A stretch of DNA of 63,593 bases, filler included, from Octopus bimaculoides (taxonomy: Eukaryota), in NCBI RefSeq assembly GCF_001194135.2. It is 5 parts of 4 records of this genome, joined end to end, with 100 filler letters (N's around TTAATTAATTAA, not from the genome) between each part and the next. Parts side by side here need not be neighbours in the genome. Positions count along the whole stretch, not along the records: positions 61,586 to 63,593 come from NW_026310464.1; 4 more parts are not named here. One strand, 5' to 3'. Positions 62,279 to 63,593 of the stretch are shown piece after piece. The position numbers and the translations under genes are program-made. The notes beneath the pieces are model-generated. The model had not been told where the DNA came from, did no database searches, and saw only the letters and a program-made list of their open reading frames with translations. The stretch's first letter is position 1. Every line of letters begins with the position of its first letter.

Positions 62279-63593
62279 TCTGTAATNNNNNNNNNNNNNN
62301 NNNNNNNNNNNNNNNNNNNNNNNNNNNNNNNNNNNNNNNNNNNNNNNNNNNNNNNNNNNNNNNNNNNNNNNNNNNNNNNNNNNNNNNNNNNNNNNNNNNN
62401 NNNNNNNNNNNNNNNNNNNNNNNNNNNNNNNNNNNNNNNNNNNNNNNNNNNNNNNNNNNNNNNNNNNNNNNNNNNNNNNNNNNNNNNNNNNNNNNNNNNN
62501 NNNNNNNNNNNNNNNNNNNNNNNNNNNNNNNNNNNNNNNNNNNNNNNNNNNNNNNNNNNNNNNNNNNNNNNNNNNNNNNNNNNNNNNNNNNNNNNNNNNN
62601 NNNNNNNNNNNNNNNNNNNNNNNNNNNNNNNNNNNNNNNNNNNNNNNNNNNNNNNNNNNNNNNNNNNNNNNNNNNNNNNNNNNNNNNNNNNNNNNNNNNN
62701 NNNNNNNNNNNNNNNNNNNNNNNNNNNNNNNNNNNNNNNNNNNNNNNNNNNNNNNNNNNNNNNNNNNNNNNNNNNNNNNNNNNNNNNNNNNNNNNNNNNN
62801 NNNNNNNNNNNNNNNNNNNNNNNNNNNNNNNNNNNNNNNNNNNNNNNNNNNNNNNNNNNNNNNNNNNNNNNNNNNNNNNNNNNNNNNNNNNNNNNNNNNN
62901 NNNNNNNNNNNNNNNNNNNNNNNNNNNNNNNNNNNNNNNNNNNNNNNNNNNNNNNNNNNNNNNNNNNNNNNNNNNNNNNNNNNNNNNNNNNNNNNNNNNN
63001 NNATATATATATATATATATATATAAATTTAAATAATAAGGGTGAAAAATTGAATATTAATTTGATTAATATCAATTTAAAACCAGTGGCCTAGCATATT
63101 GAAAAATCTGAAGATTCAGAAAAATTATATTACATCACGGTGGTGCACCAGCATGACCGCAGCCACTTGGCTGAAACACATAAATAAATAAATAAATATA
63201 AGAGGGATGACCACTGAGTGGACATCTAGTATGCTAGAAGAAGACCCCATATTGTCTGACCACTAAGAAAAGATTGTTTTCAAGAAAATTCAGCAAATGC
63301 CAGGACGTAAGCGAGCAAGCCAAATGAAAAGATGCAAAATATAAAGATTAATCACAAACCCGACTTTTGAAATATAACCCCAAATGTAATTGGTAGAACT
63401 TTATGCGTGTTCAATCTCATTCGGACGTCTCGTGTATAGTTCTGCAAATTATATTTTGCTATGACGATCACATTGATGAATTGCAGACATTTACGTAAGT
63501 ATTACGTAAGTGGTAACAATAAAACCGGGTTTGTGATTAATCGTTTTATTTTGTATCTTTTCATTTGTCTTGCTCACTTACGTTCTGGCGTTT

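Overview
Eukaryotic, AT-rich, microsatellite-rich and gap-rich DNA made almost entirely of transposon debris. No host gene exon, rRNA or true tRNA could be supported. The SINE families and repeat style suggest an octopus/cephalopod draft assembly (inference). Contents: a decayed Mag-like Ty3/Gypsy element; R4/Dong, RTE-like, HERO-like and gag-knuckle LINE fragments; five Tc1/mariner elements of four catalytic classes (DD34D x2, DD34E, DD37E, DD37D), one nested in another; a complete TIR/TSD-bounded Chapaev3-like element carrying a foldback insertion; a probable non-autonomous Helitron; and many copies of four tRNA-derived SINE families, labelled here A-D. The most notable observation is SINE family C. 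It joins a Pol III tRNA head, an internal (AAT)n tract and a minimal type I hammerhead-ribozyme motif of the Penelope-like kind, and at both loci it sits in a head-to-head inverted arrangement. Two or three further decayed hammerhead-like motifs occur elsewhere. All family assignments come from motifs read by eye; no database search or folding program was run.
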